Assembly: GCA_003971905.1 (NCBI GenBank)
Contig: RSEE01000002.1
Span: forward strand, 1-64,000
Direction of reading: 5' to 3'
Length of the DNA stretch: 64,000 nt
Source: Moniliella sp. 'wahieum'
Lineage: Eukaryota
In this document: piece by piece, positions 23,771-35,784 of the stretch
How positions within the stretch are numbered: position 1 is the stretch's first letter
How the letters are laid out: every line of letters starts with the position of its first letter
Position numbers and translations under genes: made by a program
Notes under the pieces: model-generated
The model's input: the letters and a program-made list of their open reading frames with translations, nothing else
What the model was told of the DNA's origin: nothing
Database searches by the model: none

Positions 23771-23822
23771 TATACCTGCCGACCATGTTGCAAAACCGCG
23801 GCCTGGGAGCCAGGCTAGGCAT
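23771..23822 (+). repeat. Degenerate 28S fragment (equivalent to 4093-4144) at the 3' end of the sister element
   Basis: TATACCTGCCGACCATGTTGCAAAACCGCGGCCTGGGAGCCAGGCTAGGCAT vs TGTCCCTATCTACTACGTTGCGAAACCACAGCCTAGGGAACGGGCTAGGCAT: 37/52 ungapped, mismatches mostly transitions. Confidence 0.72.
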
Positions 23823-24438
23823 TGCGGTGCTTTGGCCCAAGAATACAAGACGAGCAAGATGCGTATCCGCAGAACGTTCTGGACTGCGTGCTCTACTTTG
23901 GCCACCAATGTGTCCAAGGCATCTTGGTGTACGGCTCCTCGGCTAGTATTGCAGTGCGTCCAGTCAAATTGTGTGGTGGCCTCTTTTTGCTCTGACATTT
24001 GGCGTAAGGAGGTGGCTCGAGCCATCAACCTCGCCATCAGGACGCCTGTGAGAACGTGTCAGTACCCGAAAATGATGAGGTCCGTTCCAGACCCCCGTTC
24101 CCGTCACGCTGCCGATTGCCAAAGCTGGGCCGGAAGTAGCCAGCCAGCGTGGTGGACCGGGTGCGTCCCAAGACCTGGTGGGTGGATGAAGCCTTGTGTC
24201 TGTCGTCCGTGCTTGCGGGGTATGTTTGTGTGATGGTCGGCTCTGACTCGCGACGTGAGGACCGCACTCACGGGTTCCCCGCGGTTTTCTTCGTACGTTC
24301 ATCCCCCCAAACAGCCGGTTGGCATGGAATGCATGAGAACCACACCCTACCCGACTGTTGTTCGTCTCGTCTACGCCCAAGAGCGAGGGGAACGAGGCGA
24401 TGGTGCGTAGTGGGATGTTGATCCCGTCTCTGGGCGGG

Positions 24439-25466
24439 ATGTGGGTCGGGTGCAGGGCGGGAGGGGGCAGCTGGTGATGGCAGGAGACGCGATCCGAGCG
24501 GTGCTTACCGAACCGGTTCGTCTGGGCGATACAGGCGGCGGGGGTCACCGGTCGCCGGTCACGGTCACTGGTCACCGGAGCAGGATTGAATATGGGTTGC
24601 ACGATTGAAACTTGAAACGATCCTGTGGCGAGTGAACCAACAAGCCGCTGGCGCCTCCTGACACGGCCAATTGAACTGAGTCCTTCTCCATCTTTCCACC
24701 ACCTCCTTCTCATCCGCCTTGCCCACCGCCTGGAGATCGTGGCGAATCATGTGGCCTGCCGTGGTGCGCGTGCCCGCGGCACGGTGGGAACTTGCGTAAC
24801 ATCGCCAGCTGCTATGCCAGGCAGTTGTGGCCTCAGCCCAAACTTGCGAACGAAGCGGACAACCTGGCAGTTCCGATTCAGGCCCATTCGAGTGGTGGAG
24901 CGCGCAGCAGCCTCGCGCCCTGGCAGCACGATGGTGCCACGTCTATTCAAGCGGGCCGCGGGTCTCTTGGGAATTACCTATCTAGATCATCTCGACGATC
25001 GCGATGCGTTTAACCTGCTTCTTCCGAAGGGGGCTGGCAGGGAGGCTCCTCGTCGACGTTTGCGCTCCCTCAGGGGCGATCCCGAGGAAGCCTGGCCACC
25101 AGCATCGATGATTTGGTGCGTGCGCACCGCCAGGTCAAGGAAGGCGTCCTAGGGCGGTCGGCGCGCACGCTGCGTCCCCAGGACGCGGTGGTGGTGGGGT
25201 TTGGGCCACAGGCGGCTCTGCGCCCGCGTTGCACGGGTTGCCGCTGCAGGACCGCCTGCTTTGTTACGGGGGCTCTGCAACAACTATTCAGAATCTGCCC
25301 CGTACAATGAGGGCGGAGGATCTGGCGGACCAGCTCCAGCAGATGGACGAGTAGCTCTGGCGTGATCTGAAGGCAATCCGGGAGGGGCGGATCCGAGAGT
25401 GATGCGGCGTCAGAGGTGGGGACAAAGCTCTCTTCTCCTTGCCACCGTAAGGGTGCCTTAGGCTTT
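24439..25466 (+). pseudogene. Further CRE-like relic with the RT core deleted; duplicate of the 19114-21170 block
   Basis: PGSTMVPRLFKRAAG, AFNLLLPK, RAHRQVKEGVLGRSARTLRPQDA, then a jump (~25208) to the LQDR...RWDKALFSLP region. Upstream DNA 24439-24780 matches 19114-19380. Confidence 0.85.
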
Positions 25467-28400
25467 TGGGTGCTAACAGTGGTTGTATTCCGGTTGCTTC
25501 TATTCAAGGCACTGGTAAGACGGGGGAGATGGTGCCTTCCATTGCAGTGGTCCTGCTGGGATCCCTGATGCGACTGGACTCATATCACACCTGTCCTCCG
25601 CGGTGGTGCTGCGGCCAAGATGGGGTTGGCGCTTCCATCAAGGCACTCTGTGAGGCGGTGAGGCATCTCGTCAGTCCGCTTTTGGTTCCTGTTCTCATGC
25701 GACAAGCCGATGGCACCACCTCCTTCGTTTCGGCCATACGGCAACCCCAAAGGGAGAGACGTGCCAATGCAGTTTCCCTCTTTTCTTCTAATCCATTGAT
25801 GTTCATCATATGCGGAACCACCCAACCCTTGCTCTCCAGTGACGTACTGACCAGTGCGCTAAACAGATACCAATACGCTAGGCGCAGGAGAATAGCCGAT
25901 GGATTAAGCAAAGTGATCGCTTCCCTATACTCAGTGGCATTTCCTCGCCACGATCAAACACCCCTCCAAGCAATGACAAGCTCGAATGGTGGCGGGGCAG
26001 GTTGGGCAAGAGCCGCTGTCTACGATGACCGGGGGCGTGGGTGGTGAGAGCAACGGACACGGCGTTGAAACATATCGAGGACCATTACGAAGATGTAGAT
26101 CAAATCTTGGCCGGCTTCTGCCGCGACCTGGTGCCGATGAAGAAGGAATCGCGCACCTGCAGATCGCCCCGCTCAAGCCCGAGGAATGTGGGTCAGACAT
26201 GGGGGTGTGCGGCCAACAGGATGAAAAGTTGTGCCGCTGCGGGTGTCCTTCGTGATGCGCTTGCCCGCGGTGCCCGCATCTTTGGGCTTACCGGACCAAG
26301 AGGGCCCAGCGCGCCAATGGTGTTGGTGGAGATACCTGCACTGGTTCGTATCCTTCTGCCGTGGCCCAAGTTGCTGACATTATATTGGCCAGACGCAGTC
26401 GGAGCGTCTACATTCGTGCAGCTGTTGCGACAACAACGTCCCTCGGCAGTCGTGCGCAGCGCCAAAGGAGGGAGTGCCCCCACTGCGCGCTTTGGCCAGA
26501 GGCAGCACCACTGCCAAAGGCAAGGCACACTTTTCACTCCCCGCGACTGCGCCAACACGGAAGGCCCCGAAGTTGCTGCTGAGGAGCAGAGGCCATCCGA
26601 TGCCGCTCTGTTGTGTCTGCCCGTTATCCCCGTGCCCGTAGAACGGATCCGGGACGCGAGGAGCTGTGAGCTGTGATAAGGTAAAGCTTCAGCTTCGCAT
26701 CTTCTGTTTACCACTCGCAACAGGGCTGTTTCCCGTTGCTCCTCTCCTTGTCCCCGATGCCTCCACCCTCAGCCCCCTCCGGTGGCGCTAGGCCGGATGC
26801 CCACACGGTGAGCTCCTGATACGCCTTTTGCGGTATACCCTTGTGCAGTCAACGATTTGTGCTGTCACCGGCCCAGTCAGTTACCGAATTGTCTCGTTCT
26901 GCCTGTCCCGAAAAATCACTGTTCCCGCCAGCGCCTGTGCACCGCAGTTGTGACCAAGAGAAGCAGGTCGGCGGGTATACCAGCTGCTAATCTGGTCCAT
27001 CTTCGTGGCCTCCGTGCCATTTTCGACCGAAGTGGGTATATGCTGTTTTGCCCGTGTGCTTGCGTGTGCATTACGTTCGCATCCATCTAAGGTGCCTCAT
27101 CTTGGAGAACTCGGTGCTGGCACCGCATCCCGGGAAAGCCAGGCATGTCCGTTCATCCCATGCGGCTGCTCGTTGTATATCGCCGATCCCCGCGGGTTAA
27201 GCGAGCGGCGAAAGAAGTGGGGGGATACGATGGCAAAAAGGCGTCCAACCGCGGCGCAGGTTTGGTGAATGGCGTGCCCATCTCATTGTCGTTCCCCCTG
27301 GTCAACCTTCCATTTGTGCCATCATCATCGACATCATCATCTCGGCAAAGACCACGCCACCGGTCAGTCCCTCACCATCTTCCGCATCTCGTCAACAAGT
27401 GAGCAGGATGGGGACTGCCCCATTCACATCAGCTGTAAGCAGTTTCCTATTGTCCCTCTTTCGTTATGGCTACTACCCAGCCCCAGGGTCAACCCGCGCG
27501 CATGCCGGAGCCCACGCATCACATTACCTTTGCCCAACGCCAGCCACATGTCGCGCTTTCCCGCGCCTCTTCCCTCCAAAGCATCCTCCCATCTGCTGGT
27601 CAGTCATTCATCGCCTGTGTTGAGGTGGGAAGGTCTGTGGCGCTTGGTCCACACGCTGCAACTCTCCCCGTATTAGGGTGCCGACTTGTGGTTATACCGA
27701 CTCTCTTCGTACGTGTGATTATAATTTAACTTCCTCGTGCAGATACTGTCTTGTGGATATATTGTGGTACTAAGGAAAGCGACTCGGGTAGTGTTTCCGC
27801 GGCAAGCATCCGGTGTCAGGAAACGTGAGATGGGGGAAAGGGAAGCAGATAGATTGTGGATACATCTATGGACAGACTGGAGGCAGTCGAGAGGTGAACA
27901 CAGGATCTCCGAACGGATAGGAACCACATCACAGTGTCCATACAGGTCTACTACTAATGGGACAAGACCCCCTAGCACAGCGTGAGAGTCTGACACCCGG
28001 ACAATGCATACTTCACCGTCGATTGCATGACCTCCGTATCCACAGAACTGGCCACATAGGCAGTATCCTTTCAGGGCACGCACGGGGGCAGTATTTAATT
28101 CCCCCCGTAGCCCTTGTACTGGGCTGCTGTCTTCCCCCCCATAAAGCAATGCACGCCCCCATATGCTCCGACTCTCCTACATCTTCTCTTGCGTACTCCG
28201 AGACCCCGCCCCCACCGTCCACACCATTCAACAGCTACACCTCACAGTACAACCCATCTTTACACACTCTCACTTATGCTCAACCACCCATGACCCCGCC
28301 GCCGCTCTCGGTCCAGATGTATTCTCCTCTACCTTCTACACTTCGTGCTAATACCCACATGTACGTCGCACCAATAACCGTGGAGGAGCTGCGGTGTTTC

Positions 28401-29161
28401 CCTCTGCACCGTTGGCCATATATGTGGGACAAGACCGAGGCGATCAGCCATAAACACACACAGTCTCAAGAAAGGGAACGAGGAGTTTAACGATCATATG
28501 TTTACGAGAAGGCTTTTGCGGCCAAGTTGGCCCATTCCTCGCAGCGTCCGTACCGTCCCGCCTCCCAGTCCTTGGCCGTATGATGCGACACGGAAGGATT
28601 CAGTCCCGGGGAGGTGAAGTATAGGAGACGGTAGCGTTGGGCGAGAAAAAGGGCAGCTGTTTGGGCTGGCCGCCAGTCTGGTTGAGATTGAGCGGCATAG
28701 GTTCATGGTGTGTCCACGGGGCCATGCATTCGAGTAGGCCTCTCCCGTGATGGCATACTGGTTCCAGATGTGCTTGAAGAGCGATAGGAATGGTGCGCCG
28801 AACCAGTCAGCTTGCCGCGGCTCCACCGTTGGGCCAGGGAGGGTGTGCACGTTGGACCGACCGCCCGTGGAACCATACGACAACTTAGCATAGAAAAAAG
28901 AGTGGAAAAGAAAGTGAATTTGCCGTTTGATCCCCTCTCCCCCATTCATCTGTTGCCTCTCTCTGTTACGGAACCCCCCCTGTAAGGGTCCGACTTTGTG
29001 GATATACTAACCCTTTTCCGATGACTTGTGCGTATACCAACCCCTGCAGATGCTGACTTGTGATATACTGTTCAGCCAGGCCACCTGGGCAGAGTGTCTT
29101 CCGGCAACGCGCGAAGTAGTGTTCGATTCCCCCTGTATCCATATACTCTACCACTACCATC

Positions 29162-29296
29162 ATCCGCGCCACCATAGAACTGTGACCGCACCGCATCCCG
29201 TCCGATCGGCGACGGTCGTCACTGCATGACTCAGTCAGTATATATATCGCAATGGAAGATGAACCCCCATGAGAATCCTCGGTATTAGACTGTGAT
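29162..29296 (+). pseudogene. Degenerate 5S rRNA copy
   Basis: ATCC...CCATAG.ACT.TGA..GCACCGCATCCCGTCCGATC...CTCAGT.AGTA...GAATCCTCGGT...CTGTG is colinear with basidiomycete-type 5S rRNA but has many indels. Confidence 0.72.
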
Positions 29297-29489
29297 CCTA
29301 CAGCTGCTCTGATCCCGGCTCGATAGCGTAGTGGTAACGCATCCCTGGCCAATAAGCGATGACATGGGTTTGATTCCCATTGGAGCCTCTCTTTTCCTCA
29401 CTATTTCCCCCGGGTTGTGTCTTCTCACACTCGGTGCCATTATTCTGTCTGCACCCTCCACCTCTCAAGATGCACCCCCGCGCTTGTAC

Positions 29490-29608
29490 AAGCGTGACCG
29501 CATCCGTCCGATCTACGATGGGCACCACAGCATCACTCTGTCTCAGTATATGATACCGCGATAGAATAAGAAGAGGCCACGTGGGAATCCTCGGGGCCGT
29601 CATTCTTT
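29490..29608 (+). pseudogene. Second degenerate 5S rRNA copy
   Basis: ACCGCATCCGTCCGATCT...CTCAGTA..ATACCGCG...GGCCACGTGGGAATCCTCGGGGCCGT followed by a T-rich tract. Confidence 0.65.
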
Positions 29609-32199
29609 CTGTATTCTCCTCTGCTCCGGCTGCATTTCTGCCCACACATCCCCCGTCCAGAGCTTCATTGCGTTCTAAGGTACCCATCCCCACGGCCCGC
29701 CACATAAGCAGCTATACACCATATGTACCTCCCAACAGCCCCATGGCGCTTCTGCCCACACGACCGACCCCAGCACCTCTCCCCCGCCCTTACTCTCCGC
29801 CCAGCAGTTCGCCTACCCACCCTCTTCCATTGGAACTGATACCACTTGGATAGAACACCAGCCATATACTGGATCAATACCGTTTTCCCTTAAGCGTTGT
29901 TATATAGTATGGGGGGGATCTATTCCCACCCTACTGCCGCATAAGCCCGTGCACGCGTGTATCTGCCGGGTTGGCGCATCACAATTGGTCTGGTGTACTA
30001 CCGGGCTGCCCTTTACCCCTCCACCGCCATCGGCACGTATGCCGAACCAATGTTCCGGCCAGCACTTTCAGCATGTTCGTTAGGCCAGCTTACTGCGGCT
30101 GGACGACCAATGTAGGGCCTTTCGAGGTACCGTGGGTGCAGCTCCGGCTTGATTGGCCGGAGACGGTGCTCAATCCCCTCTCACTCGAAACAAATGGTAT
30201 ATGGAGGGGTGCCCACAGGGATGTTCAATTGCAGGAAGGCTGTTGGGCCGTTCCATCCTCACAGCCGCTGCGTTCAACTCTTGGTCTCAGCCCGGCGCGA
30301 AGCATTGAGACCATCCTGGAAAACGGCATGGGCATTACAACTAATGTGCAACTCACTAGCATCGACCCAAACTAGTTGGGAGGACAAGAGGCTTCGCTAC
30401 AACCTGGGTTCACTCTGAGCTTCTAGGAAGAGGGAGGTAGTATACTCTTTAAGAAACACCATCACCACTTGGCCACGCAGGTTTCCTCTGCACTACGTTT
30501 TCCTTATCGACACATAGACAACACGATGGCCAATGTGCCCTTGAGCCTTGCTAGCACATCGTCGGGTCCACTTTCTTTATTCTGTCACCCCGCGAAGGTG
30601 CACCGTTTCCGTGCATGTTTTCAACGGGGTGTGGGGCTACGTGCGATATGGGGATTCCCTGGAGGGTCATTCGTATGTTTGCCACTACCTTCAAACGCCG
30701 GCGAAAGGAATGCTTGATGTTCGATTACTGCCTACCTGGCCTTCTACTTTTATGCCATCTCTTCCAAGAGGCAACGCCCCTCTAAGTGGAATTTCCTTAG
30801 GGGCTGGTATAGTGAGACATAGCTTTCGATGCGCATCTCAGTGCTTCATCCCGTGCAGCCCATCTTCCTTGTGCCAGCTGCGGATACAGTCGTCTGCCTG
30901 TCATTATGTATGGCAATGCTGCTATCATCTTTGTTCTCTTGTGGCCCTTATACTGTTTGTGTGCAGTGTTGTACCATGTGCATGCCTCAAGAAGGTGGCC
31001 CGACGTCCCCGCCGCTCCCAACAATGCGATTAGCTGTTACCGAGATTTATGGGCGGTATCTCTGCAATACTTGGTGCGCACATGCGTTTCGATGAAGCTT
31101 ACTAGCCTAACGGCCATGCCCAAGTACTTTGTAGACGTGTCCATGCACTTTCACGATATCCTGTGCGACGTCGGCGCCGCTATACTTACTAGATATCATC
31201 CCCGGTGCCACTAGCTGCCACTTTCTCTCTGCACCAGATTAAAGGAAGCTGATGAGCCCCGCATGTCGTAGACATCTCATCCAATCACGCAGCAGCTTCA
31301 GTCCCGTTAGACTAGCGAGAGAGAGCCAGAAGGAACCTTATCCATGCCGCGGATACTTTCACTAGCGCTTGCTCTTCTTAGGACTCCGTCTGATTCTGCC
31401 GACTACAGCGCGCCGAGTTTGGTGACACTGCCGGTCGCAGCGTTATCGGTCACCCGGAGCGCCTGGATCGAGGATCCCTTTTCAACTGGTCTAACGATCT
31501 ACGTACGCGGCTCCTACCTCGGAGGGTCCTAGCTGCGGCCTTTCCACGAAGGCAACAGTCACCCAAACTAGAGGTATAAAGCAGGACCTAACGTACGTAA
31601 CTCTAATGCCATGTCCAAGGGCTTTCACCCCCTAAATTGAGGGGTCGAGCTCCGTCTCGGGCTCGCCTCATGAAAGGACCTCTGGACAAAAGACTCGAAA
31701 CTAGTAGCCTGCCGCACTGGTGTGTGCGCCCGGTATATGGCCAACAAAAGGGACGTCTGAGGTGTGATGCATCATGGCTGTACATTTCCTCGAATGCCGC
31801 CGGCCGCTTCGGCCCGGCGCCATGACCAAGTAGAGCGTCTATATCAGTTAGTACATATGGCATTGTGGGACCCCGTCTACTACTAACTATCATAGCCTAG
31901 AATCCACATGTCTGCCGTCGTGGTCACTGTACACGAGGAGACGCGCCAGAGCATCATTTTTACTAGAGTAGGTGCCAGGCCCTGGAACGATCTATAATAG
32001 AGTGGTAGGACAACGAGGGGCAGCACGTCAAGTTGTGCTCGAGCACGAGGTGCAGGAGAGAGATGAACGTTGAACACGTTAACAAGAGAGGGGTATAGTA
32101 GTACACTAGTAGGGGCACAAAACGCAGGTGCAGGGTATATACGAGTTGGAGAAGGAGAAGCCGGCGACCAAGTTACAGTACCTGTTGGCCTACCCTTGG

Positions 32200-35100
32200 G
32201 CTTGGGAAGCGTGGCGAGCAAGGCTGAGAAAACGAACCACAAGAAACAAGAAAAAAAGTCAGCATCAAGAGGCCGCTGTGCAATCACGCTAACCAAAGAC
32301 GGGGAGTGTGGCGTACCTCTCTAGCACCTCTTCCACCACTTGGGCCGAGTCAGTCAAGAGCGAGTGCCCAGCGCCCGGAACGCGATGAACTTGCACCCGT
32401 TCTCCCATCTCACGTTCCATCCATTCCACGCCCGTCTTGATCTTATCGTCTTTGCCGCCGTGCCAAACGAGGATGGGCAGGGGCACATCGGAAAAGGCAA
32501 ACCCCCATGGTTTGGCTGTACGCCCCATGATGCGCAACAGATCCGCCGTGCCGGCTCGAGCGTCCATTTCCGCATGGGCAGCGCGAAGAAGCATCGTTCC
32601 CAACGAGCCCGCTCGGCCTTCGTGAAACGGCTTGGAAGGTGTTTCGAGAGACTCTGTGCGCGGGGGGGGCTGAGATGAAGAGAACCCTCTGCCAAAGGTG
32701 AGCTGGCCCGGGAGAGGAGGGGTGGATGCCTCGGGGGCACGGCGGGTGTGCCTAGGGAAATGGAAGAAGTGGTGCCAGGGAAGAGTTTGAGGGAGGGAGG
32801 CCTAGACACAGGGCGGTGCGAAGCAGGTGAAATATCTGGTCGAGCAGGATCAGCAGTGAGGGACGAAGCCGAGGACCTGGAACTCAGAATGGAAGAACGT
32901 GGCAAGCTGCATGGCGATAAGCGTCCCGAAAGGGAAGGCAGGGGTGGGAGGTAGAAGAAGGCAAATGAGTAGATTGGGCTGAACCTGCATCGGGGGACAA
33001 GACTTCCTCCAATGCCTCTTCCTCGTTCCCCAAAAATGGAGCTATCCACTCCGCTCGACGTCATGCGTAGGGATGAAGCGCGGGAGCCCGAACGATGGGT
33101 GCCCAAGGGATCGTGGAACAGAAGGCGCGAGTCTTGGGATCGCGTTTCGCTACCCCCCGACTGAGCGGACGGAATGGCGTCCTGGTCGGAGGAAAGCATC
33201 AAGGCGTCAAGTGAAGATGAACGCACCATCGATCCATCCGGCCGAGAGGCCAGGGAGTTGGGTGAGACTGGGTGAGGGGTGGGGAGCGGCCAAGCTTCCA
33301 CCCTTGGACTTGCAACTCAGCAGCTTGGGCGGTCCGAATGACGGAAGGCGGGACATATCGCAGCCACTGCCACCCCGGCTCCACCGTTGGGTCGGGCGAC
33401 ACCCATGGAGCGAGGAGATGCACGGGGCCTCGCACCGATCCGAATACGCCAACGCCGTCGCCATCGCAAAGGGGGCACCAGCACTGTGCGCAAGGATGGA
33501 AAAGGACTGGATGCACAATTGCTCCATCATCTCGCCCATCACGCTTGCCCAGTCCAGGACCCCAAAGGCAGCCGTCGGCACCTCATCCGTCCGGCCCAGC
33601 CCCCAACGGTCAGCACAATCAGACGCAGCCCCAAAGCGCCGGCGCGAGATCATCGTAGACCGATCAGGTGCCGCACGACGCCAAGACCAAGAAAGACCAG
33701 GACGGGGCTGCCAGCAGGATCGCCTACATCGGCGAAGGAGACACGCAAGCCCGCGTTGTGGCCTCGCTCGAGACATAGGATACGAGTTAGGTTGGGCTTG
33801 AGCAGGGAGGCATGGCCGCCTTCGGGGCTCACCCCTCGTCAACAATTGCCGGTCGGGGCCCCAGATCACTCGTCCGTCCTCGGTTGGGATCCGACAGGCC
33901 TGATGCCAATAATGGAACATGAGATATGCGCCGGCCCTGTCGGGTTGACGAACGGCGGGAACGGAGAGATGGGAGGCGGGTAAACCGTCCGGAAGAAGGG
34001 GATACCGTGCTATGCCTTCGAGGGTTGGATTGGATGGAAGTCCGCGCGGGGCCCGCCTTGCGATCCGCCAGTGCGGTATCCAAGGCACCCACAGGGAGCG
34101 TATCCTCTTGTAGATCGAGATCGGTGACAGAGGACTGTTGATGCCCACCTTGCGTCTGGTTCAAGTGTCGTCGACGATCGCGTTCCGAGCGTGCGGCGAC
34201 GCGGCGTGCAAGGCGAATATCTGCCATGAGGGAATTATCCGATTCGGACCCGCCTTCGTCGCTAGAGCACTCAAGTGCCGCCTGAATGGAAGTGATGGCC
34301 AGACTTGTGGGGAGTGAATCTGTGGATTTCACCGTACGGTTCGCCTCGTTCATGGCAACGGGGCGCGTTGGGCAGAAAGATTCGTGCGACTTGGCTCGGG
34401 TCCGATCCGGACCGGAGGGGAGCAGTGCATCCCGACCGATACAATAGAGGCGGACGACATGTGTCTTGCGCGGGAGGTACTCTCTGCCTTCCCCGACGGA
34501 GCGCTGGGAAAGACCGATAGACGATTGAGCGCTGAACGAGCCACACGAGGAAAGAGCAATGACGAGTCGTGCGATGGTGGAAGAGAGGCGCGCACAGGTG
34601 CAGGAGCTGAAGTGGAAGCATCTGCAGAAGCCGGTGGGGGGGCGGAGGGTTCCCGCTGAGCGCGGAGAAAACGAAGCAGCTTCATCCTCCCGCCAGGAAT
34701 GTTAGGCCCCGTGGAGCCGTTGGAATTGGGGGAGAGCGCATCGGTTGAGCGTCTGACGCGCGCCGAGCGTCCAGCCGGACCGGCAGCAAGAGGGAGCGCG
34801 GGTTTGATCACCATCCCAGGGGATGATAATGGCAAGGAGGGGCGCGAAGGGGCAGGCGGAGTGGCAGGGCGGGAGGTAGAAGAATACGGAGGGCAATCGA
34901 ATAAACTTGATTCTCCACTGGGTCGTAGGGAGCCCGACAGGGGGGAAGTGGGGCAGGAGCTAAGCTCAAACGAAGGATTGGCCAAACTGGGGGAGATGAG
35001 GCTGTTTCTGTTCCGGGCGGGGCTACCAGACTGGGCAGAGTGGTGCTCGGGGCTGGCGGGCAGCACACCGGTGGGGCTGGCGCACCCAACCGAAGTCCGG

Positions 35101-35784
35101 GTGAGCTGCGCGGGATGCAATGAAGAGCGTCGGGGTGGCGTTTGTGCAACACTCTTGGGGGGACTGTGCGCAACCACTTGGTCCAAGCTGGTGGAACGGG
35201 AGCAAGTAGCGGTCGGGGCAGGGGCACGTGCACGCGAGGGGCTGCGAAGGTTCCCCAAGGGTGACTGATAAGCCGGGAGGTTGCGCTGAATGATCTCATC
35301 GATGGAAGGGACCGATGGAGGATCAGCCCTCCTCTGGTCCTTCAGCGCCAATGGGGTGGGCCTGCGGGGGCGTGGGAGCGGCGAAACTGAAGCCCGCCCC
35401 TCGTGAGAGAGAGGACGCGGGGCAGTGCACCGGCAATGGCCGGGTGCACAGTGCGGCTTGCTCGCCTAGGCCGAGGCGATAGCCCTCCGGGGTTGTAGGG
35501 GTCGCCCATCACCCTTGGCTGCTCATCCACGCTTGGACGAGCGTGCTGCACTGGAAGCTGGTCTCGAGGGGTGCGAACAAGGCAACGGGCGATCTGTCCT
35601 GCACAGCGAGAGGCTGGGAGGAGGCTGGGGGACGGCCGGCTGCCATCGGGCCGACAGGAGGAAGGACTGCAAGTAGAGTTCGTCGGGGTCGTCGCTCGAG
35701 TCGGCAGCAGCGCGCAAGTTGGAGAGAGCCCGCATGCGACTCAAACGAGCTCGGGCACAGACTCCAGCGGTGGTGGAGGGCCAT
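32200..35784 (-). CDS. Alpha/beta-hydrolase-fold protein with long Ser/Pro-rich regions (frameshifted in the assembly; ends approximate)
   Basis: VSFADVGDPAGSPVLVFLGLG, DRWGLGRT, nucleophile motif ILAHSAGAPFA, KPWGFAFSDV..PILVWHGGKDDKI, VPGAGHSLLT. Confidence 0.75.

Noticed and set aside
29480..30150. Possible decayed DIRS/LTR RT (RIRPIYD, IPLG*NTS, YGGDLF)
   Set aside because: The RIRPIYD-encoding DNA is better explained as 5S rRNA-derived. The remaining motif matches are too weak and out of frame.
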